Assembly: GCA_045804705.1 (NCBI GenBank)
Contig: JBJMMQ010000128.1
Span: forward strand, 1-49,658
Origin: Chloroflexota bacterium
GTDB taxonomy: Bacteria > Chloroflexota > Limnocylindria > Limnocylindrales > CSP1-4
Direction of reading: 5' to 3'
DNA: 49,658 nt
Shown here: positions 1-9,819 of the stretch, piece after piece
How the letters are laid out: each line of letters begins with the position of its first letter
How positions within the stretch are numbered: the first letter of the stretch is position 1
Translations under genes and position numbers: made by a program
The notes under the pieces: generated by a model
The model's input: only the letters and a program-made list of their open reading frames with translations
What the model was told of the DNA's origin: nothing
Database searches by the model: none

Positions 1-1222
1 CTTCCCGCTCGACCGAGCGTTCGAACAGTTGCTCATCGGGGTTCTGGAAGACGAATCCGACCGTTGCGGCGAGATCGCCGATGGATCGATCTGCCGTGTT
101 TCGCCCATCGAGAAGGACCCGCCCGCTCGCAGGTCGCAGCAGGCCGTTGAGGTGCTTGACGAGTGTCGTCTTGCCAGACCCGTTCTGACCGAGGATGGCG
201 ACGGCCTCGCCCGGCTCGATCGTCAGGGTGACGCCGCGGACGGCTTCGATCCCGGTGGGATAGCGGTGCACGACGTCCTCGAAGGCGACACGAACGCTGG
301 CCCGGTCCGGGTGAGGCCTCCAGTTCGTCATCGGCGGGCTCGGGTCGGATCGCTCGCGCAGGCCACCGACTGCGGCGCGTGCCGCAAGCGCGCCCGCGAT
401 CGCCTCCTCGTCGAACGCCCGCTCCGGCGGCAATCCAGCCGCGTCCGCGAGGCGAACGAGGGTCGGGGACGGGGGGCCGCCGGCCGTCTCTGCCGCCATC
501 AGGGCTGCACCGGGCGTGTCGAGTGCGATCGTCCGGCCCGCGTCGAGGACGACGAGCTGGTCCATCCTGCCGATGACGGTCGGATCGTGGGCGGCGCACA
601 GGACGGCGCTACCGGCACGAGCCAGCTCGTCGAGCAGGTCGGTGACGGACACCGTCCCCGCAGGGTCGAGCTGCGCCGTCGGCTCGTCGAGTACGAGCAC
701 GCGTGTGCCCATGGCGACGATGCTGGCGATGGCGACGCGCTGCTGCTCACCGCCCGAGAGCGCGAACGGCTCGCGATCGGCCAAGTGACGGATCGATAGG
801 CGCTCAAGCGTCGCCTCGATGCGACGGTCCATCTCATCGCGCGGGACACCGAGATTCTCGAGCCCGAACGCGAGCTCCTCGCGGACCGTCAGCTTCGACG
901 CCGAGAGCTGGTTGGCCGGTGTCGCGAAGATGATCCCGACGCGTCCGAGGAGGGCGCCTCCGGCGGCTGTCGCGGCGTCCTGGCCATCGACAGTGACTCG
1001 CCCGTCGAGCGTCGCCCGAACGACGCGCGGGACGAACCCCGCCGCTGCGAGCGCGAGGGTCGACTTGCCCGCCCCCGTCCGGCCGGCGATCCCGACCTGC
1101 TCACCCGCGGCGACCGAAACGGTCACGCCATCGAGGGCCGGTTCGCGACGACCCGGATACCGGACGCCCAGATCCTCGATCTCGAGGGGAGCGGCCGCGC
1201 GGATATCGACGTCCGTCGTCAT
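1..1222 (-). CDS. ECF-type (energy-coupling factor) transporter ATPase, tandem-fused EcfA-EcfA' (C-terminal end cut by the window edge)
   Basis: Not in the ORF track because it runs off the window. My translation of the minus strand from ATG 1220-1222 gives MTTDVDIRAAAPLEIEDLGVRYPGRREPALDGVTVSVAAGEQVGIAGRTGAGKST (Walker A). It continues to LSGGEQQRVAIASIVAMGTRVLVLDEPTAQLD (ABC signature plus Walker B), a linker, and a second Walker A GQNGSGKTT. The start overlaps the EcfT stop (ATGA). Confidence 0.8.
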   Translation of the reverse strand, partial: MTTDVDIRAAAPLEIEDLGVRYPGRREPALDGVTVSVAAGEQVGIAGRTGAGKSTLALAAAGFVPRVVRATLDGRVTVDGQDAATAAGGALLGRVGIIFATPANQLSASKLTVREELAFGLENLGVPRDEMDRRIEATLERLSIRHLADREPFALSGGEQQRVAIASIVAMGTRVLVLDEPTAQLDPAGTVSVTDLLDELARAGSAVLCAAHDPTVIGRMDQLVVLDAGRTIALDTPGAALMAAETAGGPPSPTLVRLADAAGLPPERAFDEEAIAGALAARAAVGGLRERSDPSPPMTNWRPHPDRASVRVAFEDVVHRYPTGIEAVRGVTLTIEPGEAVAILGQNGSGKTTLVKHLNGLLRPASGRVLLDGRNTADRSIGDLAATVGFVFQNPDEQLFERSVERE

Positions 1223-1995
1223 ACCGGGATGATCCCGAGCGCGACGAGAAAGACCGCGACGGCGCCAGCGACGATGGCCAGCCGAAGCCACCGATCGGCC
1301 GGTGGATCCGCCACTGTCCGATAGGCCGTTCGTCCCGGTCGCGCTCCGAACCCACGCGCCTCGAGGGCGAACGTCCGCTCGCGGGCATCCACGAGCGAGC
1401 CGAGCAGAACCGGCCCGATGAGCGGCACAAGAGAGCGGATCCGCCGCACGAACGACCCCTCCAGTGACAGGCCGCGCGCCTGCTGCGCCTCGAGGATCGC
1501 CCCCGCGCGCGTCCCCATTCGCGGCACGAGCTGGACCGCCGACAGGACCACGAACGCGATCCTGTGACTTGCGCCGCGTGCGATGAGCGCCTCGAGCATG
1601 TCGTCGGCGAGGGTCGTGAACAGGAACGTGACCGAGGCAAGGAACGCGACCAGCACTCGGCCGGCCGAGATCAGCCCGAACGACAGACCCTCACGGGTGA
1701 CCGCGAACGGCCCCACGGCGAACAGCACGTCCTTGGCGGCAGGAAAGAAGAGGCTGTTGATGACGACGATCGAGAGCAGCAGGACCGCCGGGATGCGCAT
1801 CGCGCGAACCAGTGCCCGCAACAGCCCCACGGTCCAGGCCGCCAGGACGATGGCGACCGCCAGGATGGGCAGCACCAGCGGAGGGAGCAGGAAGGCCGCG
1901 AGGAGCACGAGCCCGAGCGCCATCAGCTTGGTCAACGGGTTCCGCCGGTGAAGCCAGCTCGATCCGGCGATGTAGTACCCGGTGGTCGCGGACAT
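1219..1995 (-). CDS. ecfT: ECF transporter transmembrane (T) component, EcfT/CbiQ family
   Basis: 258 aa polytopic membrane protein. It contains the ARG-containing coupling-helix motifs typical of EcfT (EAQQARGLSL, ALEARGFG). It sits between the S-component and the ATPase, and its stop overlaps the ATPase start. Confidence 0.8.
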   Translation of the reverse strand: MSATTGYYIAGSSWLHRRNPLTKLMALGLVLLAAFLLPPLVLPILAVAIVLAAWTVGLLRALVRAMRIPAVLLLSIVVINSLFFPAAKDVLFAVGPFAVTREGLSFGLISAGRVLVAFLASVTFLFTTLADDMLEALIARGASHRIAFVVLSAVQLVPRMGTRAGAILEAQQARGLSLEGSFVRRIRSLVPLIGPVLLGSLVDARERTFALEARGFGARPGRTAYRTVADPPADRWLRLAIVAGAVAVFLVALGIIPV

Positions 1996-2036
1996 CCCTC
2001 GCCGTCAGGGCGCGACGACGATGGTCGAGGCGACCC

Positions 2037-3266
2037 TCACTCGGCGACCGTCGTCTCGCCGCGGCTGTACATCGTCCGCACGGTCACCGGCAACGCGCCC
2101 AGGATGACGAAGACGATCGTGTAGCTGAGCGTCTTGTCGAGCGGGTCGCTCACGAAGCCCTGAGCGAACGCGGATTGGAGGACGTTGAGGCCAAGCGTCC
2201 GAAAGAGGGCGACGAGTGCGTCCGTTCCACCGCCCGTCACGCCGCCGAACACCCCGGCCGCGATGGGCGCCGAGATCGCCGCCGCGACGAGGCCCGTCGT
2301 GAGGCCGCCGATCCAGACCGGGAAGAGCCGTGCGTTCTCGCCGCGCCGCGCCCAGGTCCACGCCCCCAACGCCACGAGGAGGGCGACGACTGCCACGGCC
2401 ACGAATCCGACTGGATCGGGGAGAGCCAAGCCACTCAGATCGGCGCCACCCAACAGGCTGTCCGGTTTGCCATTCGCGTCGACGCCGGTGATCGTCGAGA
2501 AGTACCCCGTCGGACTGAACAGCAGCCGCAGGATCGCGAAGACGAGGGCGAACGCCGCGATCGTCGTCGCTCCGATCAGGTACTGGCGGATCCGCGGGTC
2601 GGGTCCCGAGAATGCGAAGACCGTCCGGCTGGTGATCCAGGCGACGACGACACCGACGGCGATCGAACCGACCGCGATCGCCAGGAAGGTCCACTGGTTC
2701 CGTGTCAGCTGATCGGCGTCTGCCACGCCGAGGTCGGGGATGCCGATCGTCGCCTGGACGACGAGGAACGCGACGAACGCACCGACGATCCCCGCCGCGA
2801 GGGCGAGGAAGCCACCAACGCGGACATCGTCAGGACGGAGCTGGAAGACGCCTCGGCTCGCCCAGAAGCCGGCCATCAGACCGATGACGCCGGCGACCGG
2901 CGCGAAGAACGCCGCGGTCGGGCCGGCGCCGCCCGGTAGCGGCAGGATCGACCAGATGAGGTTCGAGAGGATGCCCGTCAACGCGCCTGCCCACGGTCCG
3001 GCGAGCGCACCGACCAACACGGTTCCGATGGAATCGAGGTAGATCGGGAGACGCAGTGCGACCGCGATCGACCCGACCGCGATGTTGATCGCGATGGCGA
3101 CCGGCATGAGCGTGAGGACGGCGGTCGTGAGGTCGCGCGACCGACGCGCGATGACGGCGAACAGGATCGCACCGACGACAAGAGCGACGAGATAGACGAG
3201 CTGGATGCTGGGGATGCAGCCTTCGGTCTGGCCCTCTGCGCAGATCGTCAACCAGCTGAGATCCAT
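2037..3266 (-). CDS. ECF transporter substrate-capture (S) component, unusually large (409 aa)
   Basis: Highly hydrophobic. The N-terminal part (LPIYLDSIGTVLVGALAGPWAGALTGILSNLIW) and the C-terminal part (GGVTGGGTDALVALFRTLGLNVLQSAFAQGFVSDPLDKTLSYTIVF) resemble ECF S-component family motifs. A GGAGGA RBS lies just upstream of the ATG. The gene is immediately upstream of ecfT. Confidence 0.65.
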   Translation of the reverse strand: MDLSWLTICAEGQTEGCIPSIQLVYLVALVVGAILFAVIARRSRDLTTAVLTLMPVAIAINIAVGSIAVALRLPIYLDSIGTVLVGALAGPWAGALTGILSNLIWSILPLPGGAGPTAAFFAPVAGVIGLMAGFWASRGVFQLRPDDVRVGGFLALAAGIVGAFVAFLVVQATIGIPDLGVADADQLTRNQWTFLAIAVGSIAVGVVVAWITSRTVFAFSGPDPRIRQYLIGATTIAAFALVFAILRLLFSPTGYFSTITGVDANGKPDSLLGGADLSGLALPDPVGFVAVAVVALLVALGAWTWARRGENARLFPVWIGGLTTGLVAAAISAPIAAGVFGGVTGGGTDALVALFRTLGLNVLQSAFAQGFVSDPLDKTLSYTIVFVILGALPVTVRTMYSRGETTVAE

Positions 3267-3320
3267 CGAGTCCTCCGATTCCGTCTCCGCCCGGTCTCCC
3301 CGTTCGAGCGCAAGTCCCCT

Positions 3321-4400
3321 TTAGCGTGACACGTTCGCGCGGTCCGCCGCCAGCCCTCCGACGCGTTCGATGAGTCGATCGAGGAACGTCGTGACATCGG
3401 CTGTCACGGCGACATCGAGGTTCGGGGCCTTGCCGGTCAATCGCCGCCGGTCGGCGACGGTCATCCCGGTCGTCAGCTCGCCGCGCGTCTCGACGTCCAC
3501 GTACCACGCCTCGGTGGTGACAAGACTCCGGTCGAGTGCCGCGGCGACGGCCAGCGCGTCGTGGATGAAGGCGCCGTAGAAACCGTCGTAGCGGAGATGG
3601 AACTCCATGTAGTAGCGGAGCGCATCGGCCACGTAGCGGATGATCGGGTTGCTCGCCACTGACCGGCTCGCCTGCATCGGGTCCTCGCCGCGCGCCAGAG
3701 CGATCGAGTCGTCTGGGGTGCTGCCAGCGCGCCGTGCAAGCCGGACGACGTCGTCAGGCAGGATGCGCGCCTGCTCGGTGACGTCGAGCCCGAGAGCGAG
3801 CGGGCGGGGGATGGTCGGATCAGCTTCGCATGCGTCGGCCCAGGCCCGGAAGACGATCTTCGCGGCGTCGGGGTCGCAATGGACGTTCCACTCGTTCGTC
3901 TGGGTGCTGTTGCCGGGGACGCCGAACGCCCCGCCCATCAGCGTGTAGCTCTTGAACAGCCGCGGCAGACCAGGCTCGCGGAGCAGCGCGATGGCGAGAT
4001 TGGTCAGCGGCCCCAAGGTGATGAGCGTGATCTCGCCCGGGCGACGTCGCGCCTCCTCGAGGATGACATCGACCGCGTGGCGGTCCGACAGTTCGCGACT
4101 CGGTGGCGGCAGCTCGGCATGGCCGAGACCCTGGGGCCCATGTGTCTCCTCTGTCGTCTCGAGCCCCCGGACGAGCGGGATCTCGCGGCCCAGGGACACC
4201 TCGACGTCGGATCGCCCGGCGAGCTCGAGGATCGCCCGCGTGTTGATGCCGACCTGCCGCGCAGCCACGTTGCCCGAGACGCAGGTCGCGGCGACGATCT
4301 CGGCGTCGGGTGAACCTGCTGCGTAGAGCAGCGCGAGGCTGTCGTCGATCCCCGTGTCGACATCGAGGATGAGCGGGGTTCGACTCGTCGTGTCGGTCAT
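3321..4400 (-). CDS. Inosine-uridine-preferring nucleoside hydrolase family (IunH/RihA-like)
   Basis: 359 aa. The N-terminal LILDVDTGIDDSLALLYA matches the DxDxxxDD metal/ribose-binding fingerprint of the IU-nucleoside hydrolase family. Downstream motifs TLGPLTNLA and NEWNVHCDPDAA are also present. Confidence 0.85.
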   Translation of the reverse strand: MTDTTSRTPLILDVDTGIDDSLALLYAAGSPDAEIVAATCVSGNVAARQVGINTRAILELAGRSDVEVSLGREIPLVRGLETTEETHGPQGLGHAELPPPSRELSDRHAVDVILEEARRRPGEITLITLGPLTNLAIALLREPGLPRLFKSYTLMGGAFGVPGNSTQTNEWNVHCDPDAAKIVFRAWADACEADPTIPRPLALGLDVTEQARILPDDVVRLARRAGSTPDDSIALARGEDPMQASRSVASNPIIRYVADALRYYMEFHLRYDGFYGAFIHDALAVAAALDRSLVTTEAWYVDVETRGELTTGMTVADRRRLTGKAPNLDVAVTADVTTFLDRLIERVGGLAADRANVSR

Positions 4401-4409
4401 CGATCGATG

Positions 4410-4931
4410 CTAGCCGAGAGCGTCGATCACCCGCGCCGTCGCCTCATCCTTGGTCAGGCCATCGACATCGACCATCAGCGCGCCGATCGCTTCGGCGAGG
4501 GGCTCCCGCTTCTTGGCCTGGTCGGCAAGGAACGCCTCCGGATCCGGACCGTACGACGGTCGGTGGCTGTCGGCTGATTCGAAACGCCCGGCAAGGACGG
4601 CGGGCGACGCGTGCAGCCAGATCACGATGACGTCGGGTGAGACAAGCGCCTCGCGGCATCGTGCGTCGTCGATGACACTCGCGGCAGGGCTGATCACGCT
4701 CGGTCGTGGATCCGCGAGCGCGTCGAGGAGTTGGGCAGCCTCCCGCGCGTGCATCGCATCGACCCCTTCCGAATCGCGCAGCTCACGGACGGTCTTTCCT
4801 GTCCCGGCCTCGATGTCGACGTCCGAATCGCGCCACGCTCGACCGAGCCGCTTGGCAAGCGCGCGACCGACGGTCGACTTGCCCGCGCCCATGAGCCCGG
4901 CGATGACGATATGACGCGGGAGCTCGGTCAT
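4410..4931 (-). CDS. P-loop kinase, shikimate-kinase-like (divergent)
   Basis: Only the last 173 aa of the 624-aa track ORF look real: MTELPRHIVIAGLMGAGKSTVGRALAKRLGRAWRDSDVDIE. That is a Walker A plus a DxD motif, as in AroK. The ATG is at 4929-4931. The rest of that ORF is antisense to purK. The Gly-rich substrate loop expected in AroK reads SPAASVI instead. Confidence 0.6.
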   Translation of the reverse strand: MTELPRHIVIAGLMGAGKSTVGRALAKRLGRAWRDSDVDIEAGTGKTVRELRDSEGVDAMHAREAAQLLDALADPRPSVISPAASVIDDARCREALVSPDVIVIWLHASPAVLAGRFESADSHRPSYGPDPEAFLADQAKKREPLAEAIGALMVDVDGLTKDEATARVIDALG

Positions 4932-4961
4932 GCCGCAAGGGTATGCCCGTACACTCGGACC

Positions 4962-6146
4962 GTGGATGCCCCCGCGCCGATCGCGCCGCCTGCCGTCATC
5001 GGGATCCTCGGCGGTGGGCAGCTCGGGCGGATGCTCGCGATGGCAGCGCGGGCGATCGGATATCGGGTCGCCGTGCTCGATCCCGACCCATCGTGCCCTG
5101 CCGCGGCTGTCGCCGATGAGGTGGTCGTCGGCGGGTATGACGACGTCGCGGCGGCGCGGCGGCTGGCAGGCATGAGTGACGTCGTCACGTACGAGCTGGA
5201 ACACGTCGCGGCCGACGTCGTCGAGGCTTGCGCGGCCGTCGTCCCTGTGCGGCCGGGCGTCCGGCCCTTGCTCGTGACCCAGGACCGGCTCACGGAGCGC
5301 CGGTTCGTCGAAGCTGCCGGGATCGTCGTGGCACCGTGGCGCCAGATCCGCTCCGTGGCGGACGGGCTTGCCGCCGCCGCGGACCTCGGCCTCCCGCTCC
5401 GCCTCAAGGTGCCGATCGGCGGGTACGACGGACGCGGCCAGGTTCGTCTCGTGGACGCACAGGGATTCGACGGCGCTTGGGATGCGCTCGGGCGCGCGCC
5501 GGGCACACCGCTCCTCGCCGAGCGCGAGCTCGACTTCGACGTCGAGCTGTCGGTCATCGTCGCTCGCGGTCTCGATGGCTCCTGTGCCGCCTTCCCCGTC
5601 GCCCGCAACCGTCACGACGCAGGGATCCTGGTCGAATCCGTCGCGCCGGCACCGGTGGAAGCGGAGGTCGCGGCGCGCGCGACGACGATCGGTGCCACCC
5701 TCGCGGGCGCGATGGATCTGTGCGGGACGCTCACCGTCGAGCTGTTCCTGCTCCGCGACGGTTCGCTCGTCGTCAACGAGCTGGCGCCCCGCGTCCACAA
5801 CTCCGGCCACTGGACGATCGAGGGTGCGGCCACGTCGCAATTCGAGCAGCACATCCGGGCGATCACGGGTCTCGGCCTTGGCTCGGCCGCGGCGCTCTCC
5901 CGGACCGCTGTGGTCAACGTCCTCGGCACGGGTTCGCGACGCCCGGCGCGACTGGCCGGTGCCGACGCCGCTCTCGTCGATCCTTCCGTCCACCTCCACC
6001 TCTACGACAAGCGAGAGGTGTTCGAACGCCGCAAGATGGGCCACCTGACGGCGCTCGACACCGACGTCGACGCCGCACTCGAGCGGGCACAGCACGCGCT
6101 CACGATGCTCGACTGGGTCGATGACACCACGGAGGACGACCGATGA
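4962..6146 (+). CDS. purK: N5-carboxyaminoimidazole ribonucleotide synthase
   Basis: ATP-grasp protein with [17 protein letters not shown] at the N-terminus and [16 protein letters not shown] near the C-terminus. The in-frame GTG at 4962 gives a normal N-terminus. The track start at 4731 would overlap the divergent kinase. The stop overlaps the purE start. Confidence 0.85.
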   Translation: MDAPAPIAPPAVIGILGGGQLGRMLAMAARAIGYRVAVLDPDPSCPAAAVADEVVVGGYDDVAAARRLAGMSDVVTYELEHVAADVVEACAAVVPVRPGVRPLLVTQDRLTERRFVEAAGIVVAPWRQIRSVADGLAAAADLGLPLRLKVPIGGYDGRGQVRLVDAQGFDGAWDALGRAPGTPLLAERELDFDVELSVIVARGLDGSCAAFPVARNRHDAGILVESVAPAPVEAEVAARATTIGATLAGAMDLCGTLTVELFLLRDGSLVVNELAPRVHNSGHWTIEGAATSQFEQHIRAITGLGLGSAAALSRTAVVNVLGTGSRRPARLAGADAALVDPSVHLHLYDKREVFERRKMGHLTALDTDVDAALERAQHALTMLDWVDDTTEDDR

Positions 6147-6640
6147 CCGAGAGGTCCGCGACACCGATCGTCGGCGTCGTCGGTGGCAGCCGTTCCGACT
6201 TCCCGACGCTCGAGGCGGCCGTCGCAGTCCTCGACGAGCTCGAGGTCCCCTCGGAGCTGACGGTGGTCTCCGCCCACCGGACACCCGATCGGCTCTTCCG
6301 CTACGCGGAGGACGCGGCGCCTCGCGGCATCAAGGTCATCGTCGCAGGCGCGGGCGGCGCGGCCCATCTCCCGGGGATGCTCGCCTCGAAGACGGCCCTC
6401 CCTGTCATCGGCGTTCCGATCCCCACGCAGCATCTCGGCGGGCTGGATTCCCTGCTGTCGATCGTCCAGATGCCCCGAGGCGTGCCCGTCGCCACCGTCG
6501 CGATCGGGAACGCAACCAATGCCGGCCTGCTCGCGGCGGCCATCCTGGCCCTATCCGATCCGGGACTTGCCGACCGCCTCGCGGCCTGGCGCGCTCGCCA
6601 GACTCAGGCTGTCCTGGACGACGCCGGCGAAACCGGCTAG
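6143..6640 (+). CDS. purE: N5-CAIR mutase (class I PurE)
   Basis: 165 aa with [26 protein letters not shown] and [15 protein letters not shown], which are canonical PurE motifs. It is translationally coupled to purK. Confidence 0.9.
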   Translation: MTERSATPIVGVVGGSRSDFPTLEAAVAVLDELEVPSELTVVSAHRTPDRLFRYAEDAAPRGIKVIVAGAGGAAHLPGMLASKTALPVIGVPIPTQHLGGLDSLLSIVQMPRGVPVATVAIGNATNAGLLAAAILALSDPGLADRLAAWRARQTQAVLDDAGETG

Positions 6641-7587
6641 CTGGCCTGGTCCACCCAGGGTGTCACGGCTCCCCTGATCCCGACCGGCAGCGACCAGAGG
6701 GTCGACGTCGCCGTGATGAACAGCCGCTGACCATCGCGACCGCCGAACTGGCAGTTGCTGGCCTGCTCGGGCAGGAGGATCCTGCCGAGCTCACCGCCGC
6801 TCGCGTCGAGGACGTGGATCCCGTCGCCGGCCGATGTCCACACGTTGCCGTCGATATCGACACGAAAGCCGTCCGAGACGCCGGGCTCCATCACCTTGAA
6901 GACGCGCGGCCGTTCGAGCCGTCGGCGTTCGACGACGTCGAAGGCGAGCATGTGGTGGTATCCACCGTCGACTCGCGCGATCGACGTGTCGGAGACATAC
7001 ATGACGCTCTCATCGGGCGAGAACGCGAGGCCGTTCGGATGGATCAGCTCGCGGCTCGCGACCGTCACCTCGCCCGACCCCCGGTCGATGCGGTAGACGA
7101 AGCAGCCTTCCTGCTCGGAATCGGCCTTGTATCCCTCGCTGTCGTCGAGGATCCCGTACGGCGGATCGGTGAACCAGATCGCGCCGTCGGAGGCGACGAC
7201 GATGTCATTCGGCGAGTTGAACCGTCCGCCCGCGAACCGGTCGACGATCGTCGTGCGGGAGCCGTCGCGCTCGTACCGCGCTACCCGGCGCGTCCCGTGC
7301 TCGCAGGCGAGGATCGTGCCGTCGTGGTCGAGCGTGTGCCCATTGGCGAAGTCGGACGGGTGGAGGAAGACGCTGTCACCGTCGGCATCGGACCACCGCC
7401 GCACGGCGTTGCTGCGGACATCGCTCCAGAGGAGCGCATCCTCGTCGGGGATGTAGACGGGTCCCTCGGCCCAGATCGCACCGTCTGCGTGTGGCGTGAT
7501 CGCCGTCCCGTCCGGGACGAGACGATCGAACCGGGGATCGAAGGCGACCCGGGTCACGGGCACCGACACGCCCGTCCGAAGGCTCAT
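6637..7587 (-). CDS. SMP-30/gluconolactonase/LRE-family beta-propeller hydrolase
   Basis: 316 aa with [27 protein letters not shown] and [12 protein letters not shown], which together look like the typical SGL signature. The start overlaps the stop of the upstream membrane protein (ATGA). Confidence 0.8.
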   Translation of the reverse strand: MSLRTGVSVPVTRVAFDPRFDRLVPDGTAITPHADGAIWAEGPVYIPDEDALLWSDVRSNAVRRWSDADGDSVFLHPSDFANGHTLDHDGTILACEHGTRRVARYERDGSRTTIVDRFAGGRFNSPNDIVVASDGAIWFTDPPYGILDDSEGYKADSEQEGCFVYRIDRGSGEVTVASRELIHPNGLAFSPDESVMYVSDTSIARVDGGYHHMLAFDVVERRRLERPRVFKVMEPGVSDGFRVDIDGNVWTSAGDGIHVLDASGGELGRILLPEQASNCQFGGRDGQRLFITATSTLWSLPVGIRGAVTPWVDQAS

Positions 7588-8291
7588 CGGAACGCCTCGC
7601 CAGGCTGTGGGATGACCGAGCCGCCCTCGTCGACATCCCGATGCTCCGCGAGGTGCAGTCCAAGGTCCAGCGCGGTCTTCAGCAGGACGAGGACGAGGAC
7701 GGCGGCGGACGAGGCGCCCGTGAATGCGATCGCCATCCCGCCGACGATGATCGTGAGGTGCAGGACGAAGAGCCGCCCGTACGGCGCGCCCATCTGGCGG
7801 GCGACACTGGTTCGCAGGTACTCGCCGCGGCCGATGTAGTTCAACCGATACGAGATGCCGTGGCTGATCGCGAGCCCGATCAGGACGAAGGCGACCGACA
7901 CTGGATCATTTGCGATGCCGGCGGTCTCGTCACCGAACGCCTGGAACTGCGGCAGGGTCAGGACGAAGATGCCGTGGACGACCCAGAAGATGCCGTAATG
8001 GACGACGAAGAACGGGATGAGGGTCGCCTTGGCAGCGGCGCCACCGATGATCGGCCGTCCGTTGTACCGCACGGCCGACGAACCGGCCGGCTCGGGGCCG
8101 GCGGCCTTCGACATCTTGAGGATGTTGAAGATGCCGACGACCCCGTTCTCGAGCCAGTAGATGGTCAGGATCGTCCAGACGTTCCACCCGAGGAACAGGA
8201 CGCCGAACAGCGGGATGGCGTTCGCGACGATGAGCGCCGCGACGGCACCGGCTGACGAGCCGACTCGATACCAGGCGATGAGGCGCTCCAT
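7584..8291 (-). CDS. Polytopic membrane protein of unknown function (resembles DUF6498-type proteins)
   Basis: 235 aa with about 6 hydrophobic helices and high GC3. The motif IYWLENGVVGIFNILKM is present. No catalytic motif is recognised. Confidence 0.55.
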   Translation of the reverse strand: MERLIAWYRVGSSAGAVAALIVANAIPLFGVLFLGWNVWTILTIYWLENGVVGIFNILKMSKAAGPEPAGSSAVRYNGRPIIGGAAAKATLIPFFVVHYGIFWVVHGIFVLTLPQFQAFGDETAGIANDPVSVAFVLIGLAISHGISYRLNYIGRGEYLRTSVARQMGAPYGRLFVLHLTIIVGGMAIAFTGASSAAVLVLVLLKTALDLGLHLAEHRDVDEGGSVIPQPGEAFR

Positions 8292-8310
8292 GCGCCTCGG
8301 ATGCTAGCGG

Positions 8311-9213
8311 TTACGCATCGCCCGGAGTGCGCGGCTTCGGAGCGCCGACCTCCACGGTCCGTTCGTCGGTTCCGCGGACCAGCGTGACCGCGAACGGCGG
8401 CTCGAGCGTGCCGAGTGCTGCATACAGGTCGTCCGCGTCGCCGACGGCCTTGCCCCCGACGTCGACGATCAGGTCACCCGACTCGATGCCGGCCGTCGCG
8501 GCGAGCGAGTCATCTTCGACGCCGCGGACGAGGACGCCCTCACGCTCGGGGAGGCCGACAGACCGGCGTAGCCGACGGGCGACATGGGACGGCGCAACGG
8601 CGACACCGAGGCGAGCCCGCGTGGGCGATTCGCCCCGGGCAAGGGCATCAACGCGGGTGCGCAGCGTCGCGTCTGCGGGAAGCGCGAGGTAGAACCCCTC
8701 GCCGATCCGGTTGGTGTTGATACCGACGAGCTGGCCGGCGGCGTTCAGGAGTGCTCCGCCCGAAGACCCCGGCGCGAGAGGCGCGGTGTGCTCGACACTG
8801 CCGTCGATCCGGCGGCCACCGGGACCGCGGAAGGCGCGTGCGACGGCGGAGACCATCCCGAACGTGACTCGCGTGCCGCCACCATGGCTTGCGCTCGCGC
8901 CGAAGACTGCGGTCCCGACAGCCAGGTCGGCGCCCTCGGCCCACGTGACGGGCGCCGCGCCGGCTGTGTCGACGTCGATGATCGCGAGATCGCCGTCGCC
9001 GTCCCAGCCCGCGACCGTGCCGCGAGTCCGCCGCCCGTCGGCGAACGTCACCGTGACCTCATCGCCACGCAGGTTGTGCGCATTGGTCAGGACCTTGCCG
9101 TCGGCGACGACGACGCCGGAGCCGCGCGTCCCGCGACCGATCCCGACGACCGACGATCCTGCGCTCTCAGCGACCGTCGTGACCGCGGTCTGGAGTTCCT
9201 CGATGACACTCAT
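8311..9213 (-). CDS. Trypsin-like serine protease with C-terminal PDZ domain (HtrA/S1C-like)
   Basis: 300 aa. His region VLTNAHNL, Asp region DLAIIDV, and active-site serine GSSGGALLN. A C-terminal PDZ-like segment reads GVLVRGVEDDSLAATAGIESGDLIVDVGGKAV. No obvious signal peptide. Confidence 0.8.
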   Translation of the reverse strand: MSVIEELQTAVTTVAESAGSSVVGIGRGTRGSGVVVADGKVLTNAHNLRGDEVTVTFADGRRTRGTVAGWDGDGDLAIIDVDTAGAAPVTWAEGADLAVGTAVFGASASHGGGTRVTFGMVSAVARAFRGPGGRRIDGSVEHTAPLAPGSSGGALLNAAGQLVGINTNRIGEGFYLALPADATLRTRVDALARGESPTRARLGVAVAPSHVARRLRRSVGLPEREGVLVRGVEDDSLAATAGIESGDLIVDVGGKAVGDADDLYAALGTLEPPFAVTLVRGTDERTVEVGAPKPRTPGDA

Positions 9214-9313
9214 GTCGTTCTCGTTCCTCGCTTGTCGAATAGACTTGTGACTTGCAATCTACTACTGACTACGTCCGGTGACAAGCCCCGGAGCGGGACC
9301 TACCATCGCGGGC

Positions 9314-9748
9314 ATGGCCGACACGAGCGTCACGCGCGAACCTTCGCCGCTCGAGGCGGCGCTCGAACGCGTCGGTGACCGCTGGAGTCTGCTGATCGTC
9401 GAGGGGCTCCTCGACGGCCCGAGGCGCTTCAACGAGCTCGCTGCTGCCGTTCCCGGGATCGCTCCGAACATCCTCACCGACCGGCTGCGACGCCTCGAGC
9501 GTGAACGGATCCTCGTGGCGACGCCGTATCAGCAGCGCCCGCCGCGGATGTCGTACGCACTGACCGTCGAGGGGCACGACCTCGCGTCGGTGCTTCGGAT
9601 GCTGGCCGACTGGGGAGCTCGCGGAACACCGGATGCCGAACCGACTCGTCACGGCCTGTGTGGCACGCCTCTCGAGACGCGCTGGTATTGCTCGACCTGC
9701 GAGGTCGCGGTCGAGGACCCCGACGCGGACGGGTCACGGACGCTCTAG
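9314..9748 (+). CDS. HxlR-family winged-helix transcriptional regulator with Cys-containing C-terminal extension
   Basis: GDRWSLLIVEGLLDGPRRFNELAAAVPGIAPNILTDRLRRLERERIL is a typical HxlR core. The C-terminus contains HGLCGTPLETRWYCSTCE. The start is either ATG 9314 or GTG 9278. It is divergent from the protease operon across an AT-richer spacer. Confidence 0.75.
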   Translation: MADTSVTREPSPLEAALERVGDRWSLLIVEGLLDGPRRFNELAAAVPGIAPNILTDRLRRLERERILVATPYQQRPPRMSYALTVEGHDLASVLRMLADWGARGTPDAEPTRHGLCGTPLETRWYCSTCEVAVEDPDADGSRTL

Positions 9749-9819
9749 CCCGCCCGGCGGCTCCATCCCTGACCCCGGCTACACTCAGGCCCGTGGAAGA
9801 CGAGCGCTGGGAATCCGGG

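Noticed and set aside
4410-6284. A 624-aa minus-strand ORF that would be the largest gene in this region
   Set aside because: Only the last 173 codons (4410-4931) encode a sensible protein, the P-loop kinase. The upstream 450 codons are antisense to purK/purE. They are Arg/Gly/Asp/Pro-rich with no motifs, which is a typical high-GC shadow ORF.
6121-7839. A 572-aa plus-strand ORF spanning the gluconolactonase region
   Set aside because: It is antisense to two well-supported minus-strand genes and overlaps purE in another frame. Its composition (R, P, G, D runs) and lack of motifs indicate a shadow ORF.
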